This document shows, piece after piece, positions 39,062 through 51,380 of a stretch of DNA of 64,000 nt; the first letter of the stretch is position 1; every line of letters begins with the position of its first letter. The position numbers and the translations under genes were made by a program. The notes under the pieces are model-generated. The model saw only the letters and a list, made by a program, of their open reading frames with translations, was not told the origin of the DNA and did not search any database. Where the stretch lies: the NCBI RefSeq assembly GCF_009914755.1, contig NC_060936.1. One strand, given 5' to 3'. Origin of the DNA: the human T2T-CHM13v2.0 reference genome, Homo sapiens.

Positions 39062-39308
39062 GGGGGTTTCAGCCTCCACATGTCTGGAGCTGGCTCAGGG
39101 GATGGAGCAGGGATCCACCGTCACGCTGCTGAGTTGCTGCAGAGTCTTTGTCCTTGCAAATTCTGCCCGAGTGTCCTTCACTTCCTTCTCCCCAGAGGGT
39201 TCTTAGGAGTGAGGGGCAGCACCATGCATGGCGGGGCGTGGGGCTTTGTGTTTTTCCTGCCTGTGGCCTGGAGCGCTGACAGCGCCTGCCCCTCTGCTCT
39301 CTCTGCAG

Positions 39309-39384
39309 CCTGGAGCACCGTCGTGGGTCTGCTGTACCACAGCATGCACTACTACCTGAACAACATCTGGCCCGCCCACACCAA
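39309..39384 (+). CDS. ADGRD1: ADGRD1 coding exon (~exon 12), AWSTVVGLLYHSMHYYLNNIWPAHT(K)
   Basis: ctctctctgcag acceptor, CCAA|gtgagt donor, 76 nt, phase 1-2; VVGLLY-x-S motif typical of GAIN subdomain B. Confidence 0.95.
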
Positions 39385-40579
39385 GTGAGTCTCGGGGGTG
39401 CTCAGCTCAGGGGCGTGGGTGTGCGTGGGTTTGCTGGGTGGCTGGCCACAGGGATGCCCGCCCCACACGCACAACACTGAGAACTCTGGACACGAGTACC
39501 GGGCGCTTCACCGCTCGGGCAAGGAAACGTGAAGCGTTTTGAAGGCCACTTGGGAACTGCAAGGCTGGGGCCAGGCTGGTGGAGTGGAGGTCAGGAGCAC
39601 GGGCCAGAAGACCCTACCCACCCGCCTGGACAGAACTGTGTGACCTTGGGCAAGGGACTTAACCTCTCTGAGCCTCAGTTTCCACTGCTGTGTAATGGAA
39701 GACAACAGACCTGTCTGTGTCAGTCATGGGCAAACACACAGATGGGCAAAGCCATTTCACATCAGCTTAAGTGGAAGGCCAGGAAACTGAGGGCTCAGGG
39801 GACTGAAAAGGGAGGAGCAGGTGGGCCTCAGTCATGGCTGGACCCGGGGACCCCGAGGACGCCGTCTAGACCTGCTCTGTCTGCCCCCTGCCTCTGCTGT
39901 CCTCCAGACAGGCCCCTCCATAGGAGCAGAGCTGGCTCCTGCAGCATCGCCTCATGTGGGTTTGGGTCCTGAGAACCCAGAAGGAGAGCAAGGAGGGTGG
40001 GGACCATGAGGGGGGCGGCGAGGGTGGGGAGGATGAGGGAAATGAGGAGGGAGGGGAGGGGGTGCCTCTTTCCTGAGGAATGTAGTCCTAAATTTTGTGA
40101 TCTGGAGGAAACACCGTCTTCTGCGTCAGATTTCTTGGGGAAAGCCTGCATGCTTACCGATTTCCTCCTAATGAAAGAAAGTGGGGGGCCTGCCACTCTT
40201 TATGTGTGATTTCCAAAATTCTTCAGGAAAATGGTCAAAGAAAAATGCAATCTATTTTCCTCAAAAAGATGCCATCTCAGTTATTTGGGGAGATCTTTCC
40301 AAGATAGTGAATGAAAAGTTGACCCTTCCTTGGCCCCTCCTGCTGAAGTTTCCACCAGGAAGCTGGCCTTGCTGTGAAATATATGAGACGTGCATTTGTG
40401 AGGTGTCGCTGTGTCTTGTGCGGCCACAGTGAGAACCTGCGTGGGAAAGCGGCATCCGTGCCACGGCCCACAACTTCACAAAGGCGGGAGGATTGCTTCC
40501 AGATGCAGGGTGCACACATTTCAGGGGCAATTCACTGTGACCACCAGAATCTGACTCCAGCCAGGTGTCAGCCAGCTCT

Positions 40580-40755
40580 TTCATGAAGGGCCAGCTTGTA
40601 AATCGGCTTGGCTTTCCAGAACTCTGCCCTCACAGGGTGAAGGCAGCCAGAGACACTACGTGGGGAAACGGGGGAGTGGCTGCCTTCCAATACAGCTTTA
40701 TTTACAAAACCAGGCGGCCAGCCCAAGAGCTGCAGTTTGCAGATCTTTGCCAGAC
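40580..40755. mobile_element. MER58-like fragment
   Basis: aagggccag...gtggctgccttccaatacagctttatttacaaaaccaggcggccag...gtttgcagatc. Confidence 0.65.
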
Positions 40756-42961
40756 CCTCTATTAGATCAGCGCTGGCAGGGATGGGCAGAGGAGAGGCCG
40801 GCGGGGCCTGCTCTGGGGAGCCCACAGCCTTGCAGATGGAAGACAGTCTGTCTCGCCTGTCCCCAGGGCCTCAGCCTTCACTCTCCCTCTGCTGTCCTCA
40901 CGGACCCAGGTGTCTGCAGACAGGACACTGGAGCCCCAGGATGCAGGCCACTGTGTCCCAGAACAATGCAGCTAACTCTGACGTCCCCCTGCAAACCGAG
41001 GGCCTGGAAATTGGACAGCCAAGTCATCCCTGGTTCGTCAGCATTGACACCAGCCCCACAACAAGTTCCATGAGCAGCATATTTACGTGCTGAAGCCAAA
41101 GCAGAACTGGCTGTGCAGCGATGGAACATGTTTTTCATTTGCAGTGAAGTTGGATCTTCAGCTCAGGTGAAGCTCTCTTCAGCACTTAGTGCAAAGATGC
41201 CTTGTCATCAAAATTCACCTGGAAAAAAATCATGCAAACAGCTCATCCAGTAAAGTCTCTGTACTTGTTACATTGTACCTGTGTACCTTGTACCTGTAGC
41301 AGAAGAGGTGGACGGAAGTGGAGGGGACAAAGAGTTTGGTTCACAGGTGCCCTCCTTATCTGTGTGACCCTGGGCAAGTGACTTGAGCCTGGAGGCCTGT
41401 GTTCTCCTCTTAAAACAGGAGTAATAATAGCACTGATTTCTGAGGATTGCCAGGAGGACTGAATGAGTTAATGGTGTAAGTAGGGCTTGGTTTTCTTAAA
41501 CATGACATACAAGTGCCTGCTTTTGTGATTTTGTAAGCTGATTGGGCATTTGTGCCATTTTGCCTTTGAGGTAATTATCAAATCCTGGGCACGATGAGAA
41601 GCAGGTTAGTGCAGCTGCCGTGCGGGCAGCACGTTTATGTGCGCACATATGCCGGGTTCCTGCCAGCCTGCAGGGGACTTCCCTCCGTCTTTGTCTTTGT
41701 ATTGTGTGCTGTCATCCTCATACATCCGCAGTGTGTTGTGAGGATGAAAGGATGCTTTGGTGCCGTAGTGTCCTTTAATTTCTTCTCCAGGGATGAGGGT
41801 GAGGGTCTAAGTCAGTACGTGAGTCTCAGTGCACAAAGGGTGGGGCCTGGGCCGGAAGGAACTTTTGTCTCCACAGCCAGCCCCAGGCAGACCATTCCAG
41901 GGCTCCTGTGATGACGGAGGGGATGATATCTGACCACCCACGGCCCGGTGGGGGCTTAGCTGCTTCTTGCCCGGCTGCTTGTACCCCTAGGATCCTTTGA
42001 GTCTCACTCGCTGCCTGGCCCCGCAATGATGGAGACTGTTCAGCTTTTACGGGTGCTCGTGCTAGGCTCAGCCAGCACCGGGACAGCCGGTTCCTCCAGG
42101 TGGACGGGGCTGAGACTGGCCTGCTCCCAGTCCTCCTGTGAAGATGGAAGCCACAGCCCACAGAGGGAAGGGCCTCTCCCCAGGCTGTGAGGGACTCACG
42201 GGTGCTCGAGAAAGATGAGTGGGGAGGTGGACCCGGCTCAGCGTGTGTCCTTAGTCACTATAGAGTGACACGGAGCACCGATGGAACCAGTAGGTCACGG
42301 TTCTGCAGCCCTCAGTGCAGTAACTGACCCAGGCAGAAGCTATCAGTGGATGTGCACACCAGCGGGAGCAGGGTTGCGGGGCGGGGGACCTCACCGACCT
42401 GCAGAGTCCTAGCTGTACCAGGTCGGAGGGTGCCTGGTGATGGGGATGTCTGCCGCACGCCTGCAGCCAGGTGGCCACACTCAACATTATCAACGTGGGA
42501 CACGTTGTGGGCCCGTGTCTCTTGCTGTCACGTCATGGGAGACGTCCATGCCTCCTGTGGCATACTCCTGTCAGATGCATGGCCTCACGCCCCTCACGAG
42601 GAAGCAGTCAGACACACCTGAACTAAGCGATGTTGTGTGCTGCTGTGGTTTCGATTGCAAGGGAGAAGAAGTTGGGCAGTTCCGGATTGGGGGAGACTAA
42701 AGAGGTTCGTGCCTGAGCTAATGCACATTCCTGGGTTGAGAGAAGTGGAGTTCTGGAGGACGTGTGTGATGGTGGGGGGTGTGTGCAGTTGACTCTGGAC
42801 TGTGCATTAGAGCATCTTGTAGGGTCCTCGTTAAATTTCTGAGTGTGATCATTGTTTGATGGTTATATAGGAGGCAGTCTCCATTTTTAGGAGACACGTG
42901 GTAGAGATGGAGTATGCTGTGATGCCTGCAACACACCGCTAGTGCTTCAGCAGAAAGGAAA

Positions 42962-43170
42962 TGTGCATGTGTGCGTGTATTTGTGTGTTGTGTGTGTGCA
43001 CACAGGTGCATGTATGTGCTTGTGTGGTGTATGTGCGTTATGTGTGCACATATGTGCATGTGTGTTTTGTGTGTGCTGTGGGCATGCAAATGCGCGTGTG
43101 TGCATTTGTGTGTTGTATGTGCATACATGTGCGTGTGTGTGTGTACATGTGTGGTATGTGTGTGTCAAGT
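42962..43170. repeat. Degenerate (TG)n/(TGCA) tract within an old L1M fragment
   Basis: Alternating purine-pyrimidine TG-rich run. Confidence 0.85.
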
Positions 43171-44411
43171 GTGAGCGTGACCACTGCCAGATAAAGTGAA
43201 CATGGCAAATGATAAGAGCTGAGAGTGTAGGTGAAGCCTATGCGTTGTACTGTTTTCTGGCAGATTTCCTGCTGGTTTGACTTTTAACAGTGCAAAGCTG
43301 CGGGGGCTCCTGGCATGGGCAGGAATTGTGGCTGTTGCCGTCCTTTCTGAAAGGCCCTGGCTGCAGTGCTGCTCGAAACAGAGAACAACGTCACCTGGGC
43401 AGCATCGGTGCTGAGGAAGTCGCCTGTTACCCTCGATGCTGTCTCCTTCTGCTGTTTGCGTCAGTCAGGGGCTCAGTCTCCTTCAAGAATTCACCATCAC
43501 CCAAGATCACACTCAGAGATGCTGCCATGTGCCACCTTGTTGGCAAGATTTGGAGTTTCCTTCACACTGTGTTCCCAGGGTGGCGTTGAATTCTCGCGCT
43601 GAGGGAAGGTGACAAGCAGTGTGTGACGGATGGGTGAGGGGATTCCTTGAGCACACAGGCATGTGTCAGCAGGAGCCAGTTATCAAGGAGTTCCTTTACC
43701 AGGGAATATTTTCATTTGCGATGTTTGTTCACTCCCCAATGTGACATGGTAACTGTGAGGACTTGATAATTCTCCAAATAACCGAATAACAGCCCTTTTT
43801 CTTACTCCACTTGGTCTGACTTCTTTGGATTGAGTTCCTGAGCCGGTCTTCTGCACAGGCTGGGAAGTCTCTGTGTCTCCTCATAGATTTCAGCACTCCT
43901 CTGAAGCCTCATGTAACTTTAAGTCCCCTCTTTGTGTAACGGAAGGCGGAGCAGCAGCGTGGCTTTGGCTCAGATGTGCTGCGTGGGGTGAAGGACGCAG
44001 AGCCTGACCATCGGTGGGGCTCCGTGGGGCCAGGTAGTAACTTGGGGCACATTGAAGGAAGGCGGATTTGCAAAGGTGCAATCAGGAGTGGAGAGCTCTG
44101 GGGGACAGCACAGTCACGGGCCAGGAACAAGAATGGGGGCACGCTGCTTTCCCCAGGGCCAGCCAGGCAGGCCCTGGAAGAGATGGCTTTCCCCGGGCAG
44201 AGATGGAGGGGCCCCCGGGGCAGCGACTGTGCCCTGGTAGGCTGAGGGAAAAGAATCCTGGCCCCACTATCTGCTCCGATGCCCTCTGACCTTCTGGGGC
44301 TTCCCTTTTGCTGAGCACATGAAGGGAGAGAGCCCAGAGCCTGGCTGATGGGCACAGGACGGGGCGGGTGGAGGCAGGGTATAAGGGGCAGAGGAAGAGC
44401 CAGCACAGCCT

Positions 44412-44552
44412 CTGCCCCACCCTGCCCCACCTCACCCCTGCCCCACCCTGCCCCACCTCACCCCTTCCCCACCCTGCCCCACCTCACCCCTTCCCCACCC
44501 TGCCCCACCTCACCCCTGCCCCACCCTTCCCCACCTCACCTCTGTCCCCACC
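44412..44552. repeat. C-rich 26-bp minisatellite, ~5 copies
   Basis: Unit ct(g/t)ccccaccctgccccacctcaccc. Confidence 0.9.
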
Positions 44553-46513
44553 TTTACTGGAGGAAAATGCTCCTAAGGAGGCGTCTGGCCCCATTCTCAT
44601 CTTGACTTGGCCGACATCTGGCGTCGCACTGATTACCAAACTGGGCCTGGTGGAGGCCACGTGTTCCCGGAGCGGAATCCAGGAAACCACTCCAGATTTG
44701 CTCTCATATCATTTGTGTTCATAGAAGGTTCTCACTTAATGTTTTCCTTATGTTTTTCCTAAGAAATGGATCTAAGTCATCGCCGCTTGCCTGTGAGTAG
44801 ATTCATCCACTCGCTCACTCACTCACGTGTGTGCTGAGCACCCACTGTGTCAGGCGTGGTTCCGGGAGCTGGGGAGAGCAGTGAACCAAACGGGAAAGCA
44901 TCCGGGCCCCAGGGGAATTTCTGTTCTGGGAGGGAGATGATGACCACCGGTTGCACCATCAGGAAATGTCCACGGAGGGAAAGTCAAGGGGCAAATCATG
45001 CTGCGTGTTTAGGGCCTGAAGCCCACAGCTGCGACTTTCTGTTCTGGCTAATGGCACAGCCCTAAGTGTTGCTAGCAACGTGGTTTTTCCAGCGCGTTTG
45101 GTGGAATTGCACACGTGTTGAGTTCATGGAGCTCTGCAGAAAAGGCCACGAGCATCGGGGCACTGGGCACAGAGAGTGAGAACCAGGCTCCTGGCTGAAG
45201 CGAACACACCACACGTCTTAGGGCCTTGGAGTCGCGTGCGGGGCGGGGACAAGGTTCTGCTGAGTGAGTCAGGCTGGGCGCCGCGGGGCTTTGCCTTGGT
45301 CCCCCCCAACTTTCTGCGGCCTCGAGCCCACCCTCACTTTCTGCGGTGGGGACTGAGCCCACGCATGCCCAGTGGTGAATGTTCTCAGACGGTGAATGTT
45401 GTTCTTCCGGGGAAACATCTGAGATACTACCCGGGTCTGCGGCTCTGCAGAGTGGAATGTTTATGTACGTTCTGTACGTACAGCTTGTATCTCTGTGGGA
45501 CTAAAACTTTCTGGGCAAGTTTATTAGAAAAAAATGTCTAAAAAGCCTCTTCAGAGGGGCTATAATGAAAAAAATGGTTGAGACACGTGGACCTAGGGTG
45601 ATGCTTTCTTTTCATTTTTTTTTTTTTTTAAGTTTGTGTTTTACTCCATGTGTGTCATCTGGACTTTGGGCTTGGATCAATAACATGGTCACATAGAGGA
45701 ATTGCCGGGTCGAGCAGTCGTGTCTGTTGTTACTCACAGGCCTGAGAATCGATGACCCTGGTTTGCTCCAGACCCTGTGAACTGGTGATGATCTGCAGGA
45801 AGTCGCTTCTGCGGGAACAGACAGGGTGTTCATTCTCTATGGCGCCATCTTTGTAAACACTTTGTATTTACAATTCCAGGAATAATTCTGCGTGCTTCTT
45901 GGAGGCCTGCTCTTTCTCAGGGATGTGTGTAAGGAGACAGTGCAGAGGCCGGGGGTGAGGTGGGACGTGCTCCTGCTCCATGAGCCCCACCGCCCATCCC
46001 AGGCAGGGTCACTGAACACGGTGTTTGAATCTAGTTAGAAGGAAAAACAAGTTGAGGGAGGAAAAATATGGTGCCCCCAGCTCCCAGAGCCCTGTGGGAT
46101 GTCCCAAAGGTGGTTCAGTGGGTGTCGAAACAGGGACCTGCAGGTTCCTCAGTCAGTCAGCGCTTTGGATGGTGGACGGGGGAGGTGCACAGGACCCGGG
46201 TGAGGCCCACACAGAAGCAGACGGCTGGGTGACCGCGGGGGGCCCGGTGACAGCACGTCTCAGGCATCTTTGTGTAGTCACCCCAAATTCAAATTCATGG
46301 AACAGATACTTGGTGACCTGCTGTGTGCCAGGCAGGGCTGGGATCAAATCAGGCAAATGGGCTGAGGGCACAAAATTAAAGGAGCTGGTCATCCTTGGGG
46401 TCGTGCCCAGTGTGAGCACCTTCTTCAATCTTGCCCTTCAGGTACCTGGCTTCCCTCACCCTCCTCCTGGCCCTGAATATCTTTTCAAGCTCATAACCCC
46501 ACGAGACAGCCAC

Positions 46514-47075
46514 TGTAGACATCAGTTAGGCTTCTTTAGATTGGGCTGCAAGGGGCGGAAAACCCATCTTTAACAGTTTTAGGCCAAGGGGGAGTTTATT
46601 GGATCACGTAAGCCGAGAGCTCTGCAGAGGGCTGGCTTCAGGAGCAGCTCGATCCAGCATCCCATTGCTGTTGCTGGGCTCCATCTCTCAGCAATTCCCT
46701 TCTCAATCAGTCTCCCTCCTCATGAATGCAAGCAGCTCCCAGGGCCTCGTGCCTCAGGGCATGAGGAGAAGTCTGGCAGGGAGAATGAGGGTCTTTGAGC
46801 CCTCATTCTCCCCCCACCTCGCCTTCTGGCATCTCCTCAGATTTGACTGGATTGGGTGTCATTCCTAAATGGTCCCCATGGCCTGAGGGCTGCGGTGCAC
46901 TGACTGATCCAGACCCAGATACCAGGGCTTCCTCCTGAGCCAAGATAGAGTCAACTCCAGGCTGTGTGGGCTGTGAGCGGGGAAGGGGATGGCCACCTAG
47001 AGGGGAAGGCAGGTGCTTTGATCAGGAAAACGATGAATGAATACTGGGTGGGCAAAACAGCAGATGGCCACTGCA
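46514..47075. mobile_element. MaLR solo LTR (old MLT1 type)
   Basis: tgtagacatcagttagg...ggaaaacccatctttaac...gactggattgggtgtcatt...gggcaaaacagcagatggccactgca. Confidence 0.6.
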
Positions 47076-47535
47076 CCATCCTATAATCAGGGAAATTGAC
47101 ACTCAGACAGGGTGAGTTACCTGCCCAAGGTCACACAGCTGATTAAGTGGAATCGGTGAGATTCATGCCCTGTTATTTTGAGCATTTCTGCTCATCCATG
47201 CTTCCTGGGCCATCTTACTTTTCTTATAAACTCTTTGAGGTCGAGGGCTCTGTCTCACCTCTTGGTCCTGGCGTCACACCTTAACGAGAGCAGGTATTGA
47301 AGATAAGAATTCAAGGGACAGAGTTAAAACACAGAATAGTTGAACTCGCCTGCAGGTACCAGCTTCACATCTTGAAGGAGAGCAGCGGGAGCTGAATGAA
47401 AGAAATCAAAGCTTCATCCAAAGAAGATTTCCGTCTCAATAGTTTTGGGTGGAACGCTGGCTCCCAGCCTAGGTTCTAGCTGTGTGCTGCTCCCCTGCGT
47501 TTCCCATTTTGTAATGATTTCCGTCTCTTCCCAAG

Positions 47536-47677
47536 GATCGCGGAGGCCATGCATCACCAGGACTGCCTGCTGTTCGCCACCAGCCACCTGATTTCCCTGG
47601 AGGTGTCCCCACCACCCACCCTGTCTCAGAACCTGTCGGGCTCTCCACTCATTACGGTCCACCTCAAGCACAGATTG
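47536..47677 (+). CDS. ADGRD1: ADGRD1 coding exon (~exon 13), (K)[10 protein letters not shown]...ITVHLKHRL; last exon recognised in the window, upstream of the GPS exons
   Basis: ctcttcccaag acceptor, TTG|gtgagt donor, 142 nt, phase 2-0. Confidence 0.95.
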
Positions 47678-48602
47678 GTGAGTGGCGGTGCCTTCACCCT
47701 TGTCGCCGCCTTTGATCTGGTTTCACACTGAGGAATGCTGGGTTGTCTGTGTGCTTGCATAAAGAATCTCCAACAGCCTTGGTGCCGGCCCGAACTGGAA
47801 TCTTCCTCTCCCTGGAGCTCCTTCTCTTGGGCCTTTGTTTCTGAGCTGCAGTGGGAGGCCCCTCGCATAGTGCCTGGGCTGGCCACGCGGTGTCGATGTT
47901 GGGGAAGAGGCGTCGAGGTGGCTCTCCTAGACGTGTGGAGCGATCACGGATCTTCCTCATTTATAACAAGTGTCCTTACTGGAGGAGGGGGGTACCTTGG
48001 CCATCCCAGTTACCATGTGTGTTATTAGCCATCAGCAAGATGCAGCACTGTGTTCTGTTAGAGAGAAACATGCTTCAGAGCTCAGGCAAAACCATTTTTA
48101 CGCTTCAGGCATTGCGTGATAAGCTCTTGGTCCTGATGCTTCATAACCGCTCTCCTCTCCACATGTCGTTTGTTTTTGCCAGTGAGTAGGACTGACAGAG
48201 ACATTGGGGATACCGATGCACTGCCATTCTTTAGTAAAAGGCAAAAGATGTATACAATCTGAGGAGAAACCAGAGTATAATGCTGCCGTTCTTTAAAAAA
48301 CGCGTGCGCTGTTCCCCACGCCAGGTTCATGTCAGGAGGTATGGTGTTTGATGTGACACTGAAAGAGTGAGATTTTTCAAAGTGTTTATTCAAGAACTCA
48401 CTGTGTTATTGGTCAGAATTAACACTAAAGGCATTTCCTGGCAGGATTTTCTATTTCATTCTGTTTCACTCTGCTCTATGGCCAAGGCCGACTCTGTGCG
48501 CATACCTGGGTGGGTGCTTCTGTTCTTTCCAGGGTGACTGTGTTTCTGCCCCACCTGGGAGGGGCCCACACACTTGTGCTGCTGGGTGAGCTGGGGCAGT
48601 CA

Positions 48603-49010
48603 AGAGATGGTACTGGAGACGGAGATGGGACTGGAGTGGAAGATGGAGATGGAGAGGGGACTGGAGATGGAGGTGCGGATGGAGATGGGAATGGAGATGC
48701 AGAGGGGACTGGAATTGGAGATTGAGATGGACATGGGAATGGAGATGGAGATGGAGACGGGACTGGATATAGAGATGGAGATGGAGAGGGGACTGGAGAT
48801 GTTGGAGATAGAGATGGAAATGGAGATGGAGAGGGGACTGGAGATGATGGAGATAGAGATGGAAATGGAGATGGAGAGGGGACTGGAGTTGGAGATGGAG
48901 ATGGAGATGGGAATGGAGATGGAGATGGAGAGGGGACTGGAGTTGGAGATGGAGATGGAGTTGGAGATGGAGATGGGAATGGAGATGGAGAGGGGATTGG
49001 AGATGAGACT
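48603..49010. repeat. Degenerate (GGAGAT)n hexamer repeat, ~410 bp
   Basis: Purine-rich hexamers with recurring gagaggggactg blocks; gives poly-ME / poly-SI pseudo-ORFs. Confidence 0.93.
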
Positions 49011-49948
49011 GGTCACCTCAGCCTCCTTGCCCTTCCTCTCTGCATGTGACCAGCCGTGAGCCTGTTTTCAGTGTGTCCCCTGCCTTGCTTCCTCCGCCCC
49101 TCCCGGTGTCCCTCTCCTTCCCAGTGACTTCTCACCTGGACCAGCAGCCTCCGCGTGTTCTGTCTGCTCCATTCTCCCCACAGTTTACAGACTTATTGTC
49201 AAACACACAGATCAGGTGGTGCTACTTACCTATTCAAAGACCTTCTGGGACTCAAGGTTCCCTGCAGGAGAATTTACACTCTGGGCCTGTCGGCAGATGT
49301 CTAGCAGGTCTTTCCCGCCCGGCTTTCCATGCACCTCTGGCTCTCCTTCCAAGCCCAGCAGACAGCTGCTGTCATTGCTGGTGTCGTTCCCTGTGCCTGG
49401 TGGGCCTGTCTCACCCATCTGCTGTCTGAGTTCACCCATCTCAGGAGGAGCCTTCTCTCCTCCAAGCCCTCTGCGGCCTGCACAGAAGGGAACCTCCCTC
49501 CACGCGGTCTTTGCGCTGTATTAGCACAGAGTCTCAGCTCTGTATGCTATAATCATTTATGCTAATCAGTAATCCCTTAAATGGCCTGCAGCTTCTCAGA
49601 GGCTGCCAGATCCAGCATGGAGCCCACTGCCCTTCCCCCCTGCCCGCAGTGGCCTTGGCACTGCGTGGAGGCTCAGGAGACGCTTGCTGAGTGAGTGCTG
49701 TGCCGGAGTCAGTGCCCTGTCTTGCAGTTGTGCAGTTGACATTTGTGTCTTCTCTTTGTGTGGAGAGAATCCTGGTCCCCTGCACAGGCTGTCCCCTCTG
49801 CCGTGATGTCAGTGAGGGTGCACTCCACAGGCTCAGCCTATGTTTGGAAATGTGGCTGCGACATGCAGCAGAGACACTTGGAGCTTCTGGGCTTGAGGGT
49901 AGGGCAGTGCTGCCCCGCGGCGTGTCAAGCCTGTAGTCAAGAGTCTGT

Positions 49949-50381
<433 letters not shown>

Positions 50382-50509
50382 TCAGGGATCATCCCAGAAG
50401 GTGAGGCGGGGGCAAGTGGAGAGGGGAGGGCACGGGCAGAGAGGGGAGGCAGGAGATGAGAGCACAGCTTGAGTGCCAGGGCTGCAGGAGAGCCACACAG
50501 CCAGTGAGG

Positions 50510-51380
50510 TTACACAGCATACATGCACACGCATACACACACATGCACATGCACATGCACACAGTCCACACACACCCAGTCCACATACACTCAGTCCACA
50601 CACACCCAGTCCACACACACCCAGTGCACACAGTCCACACACACCCAGTCCACACACACCCAGTGCACACAGTCCACACACACCCAGTCCACACACACCC
50701 AGTGCACACAGTCCACACACACCCAGTCCACATACACTCAGTCCACACACAGTCCATACCCAGTCCCCACACACCCAGTCCACATACACCCAGCACAGAC
50801 ACACACACACCCAGTCCACACACAATCAGTCCACACACACCCCATCTACACCCACCCAGCACAGACACACACACCCAGTGCACACACACTCACTCCACAC
50901 ACTCAGTCCACACACACTCAGTCCACACACTCCCAGCACAGACACACCCAGCACACAAACACCTAGTGCACACACACCCAGCACAGACACACCCAACACA
51001 GATACACCAACACAGACACAAACACCCAGTGCACACACACCCAGTGCTCACACACCCAGTACACATACCCAGCACAGACACACCCAGTGCACACATACCC
51101 AGTGCTCACACACTCAGTACACACACACCCAACACAGACACACCCAGTGTGCACACACCCAGTCCACACACACTCAGTGCACACACACCCAGCACAGGCA
51201 CACACACTTAGTATACACACAGCCAGCACAGACACACACAACCAGTGCACACACACCCAGCACAGACACACACTCAGTACACACCCAGTGCATGTACCTG
51301 CATCCAGCACCCATATAGGCACATATGTGCACATACCCAGCCTCAGTACACCACACACACCGACACACACACCCACATCC
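50510..51380. repeat. CA-rich compound minisatellite (cacacacccag[t/c] units of ~10-16 bp), ~870 bp
   Basis: Repeated cagtccacacacacc / cagtgcacacacacc / cagcacagacacacc variants. Confidence 0.93.

Noticed and set aside
42254-42269. Hairpin gtcact-atag-agtgac with cactatag resembling T7/SP6 promoter ends
   Set aside because: 6-bp stem and 8-nt match are expected by chance; the rest of the phage promoter and any vector sequence are absent.
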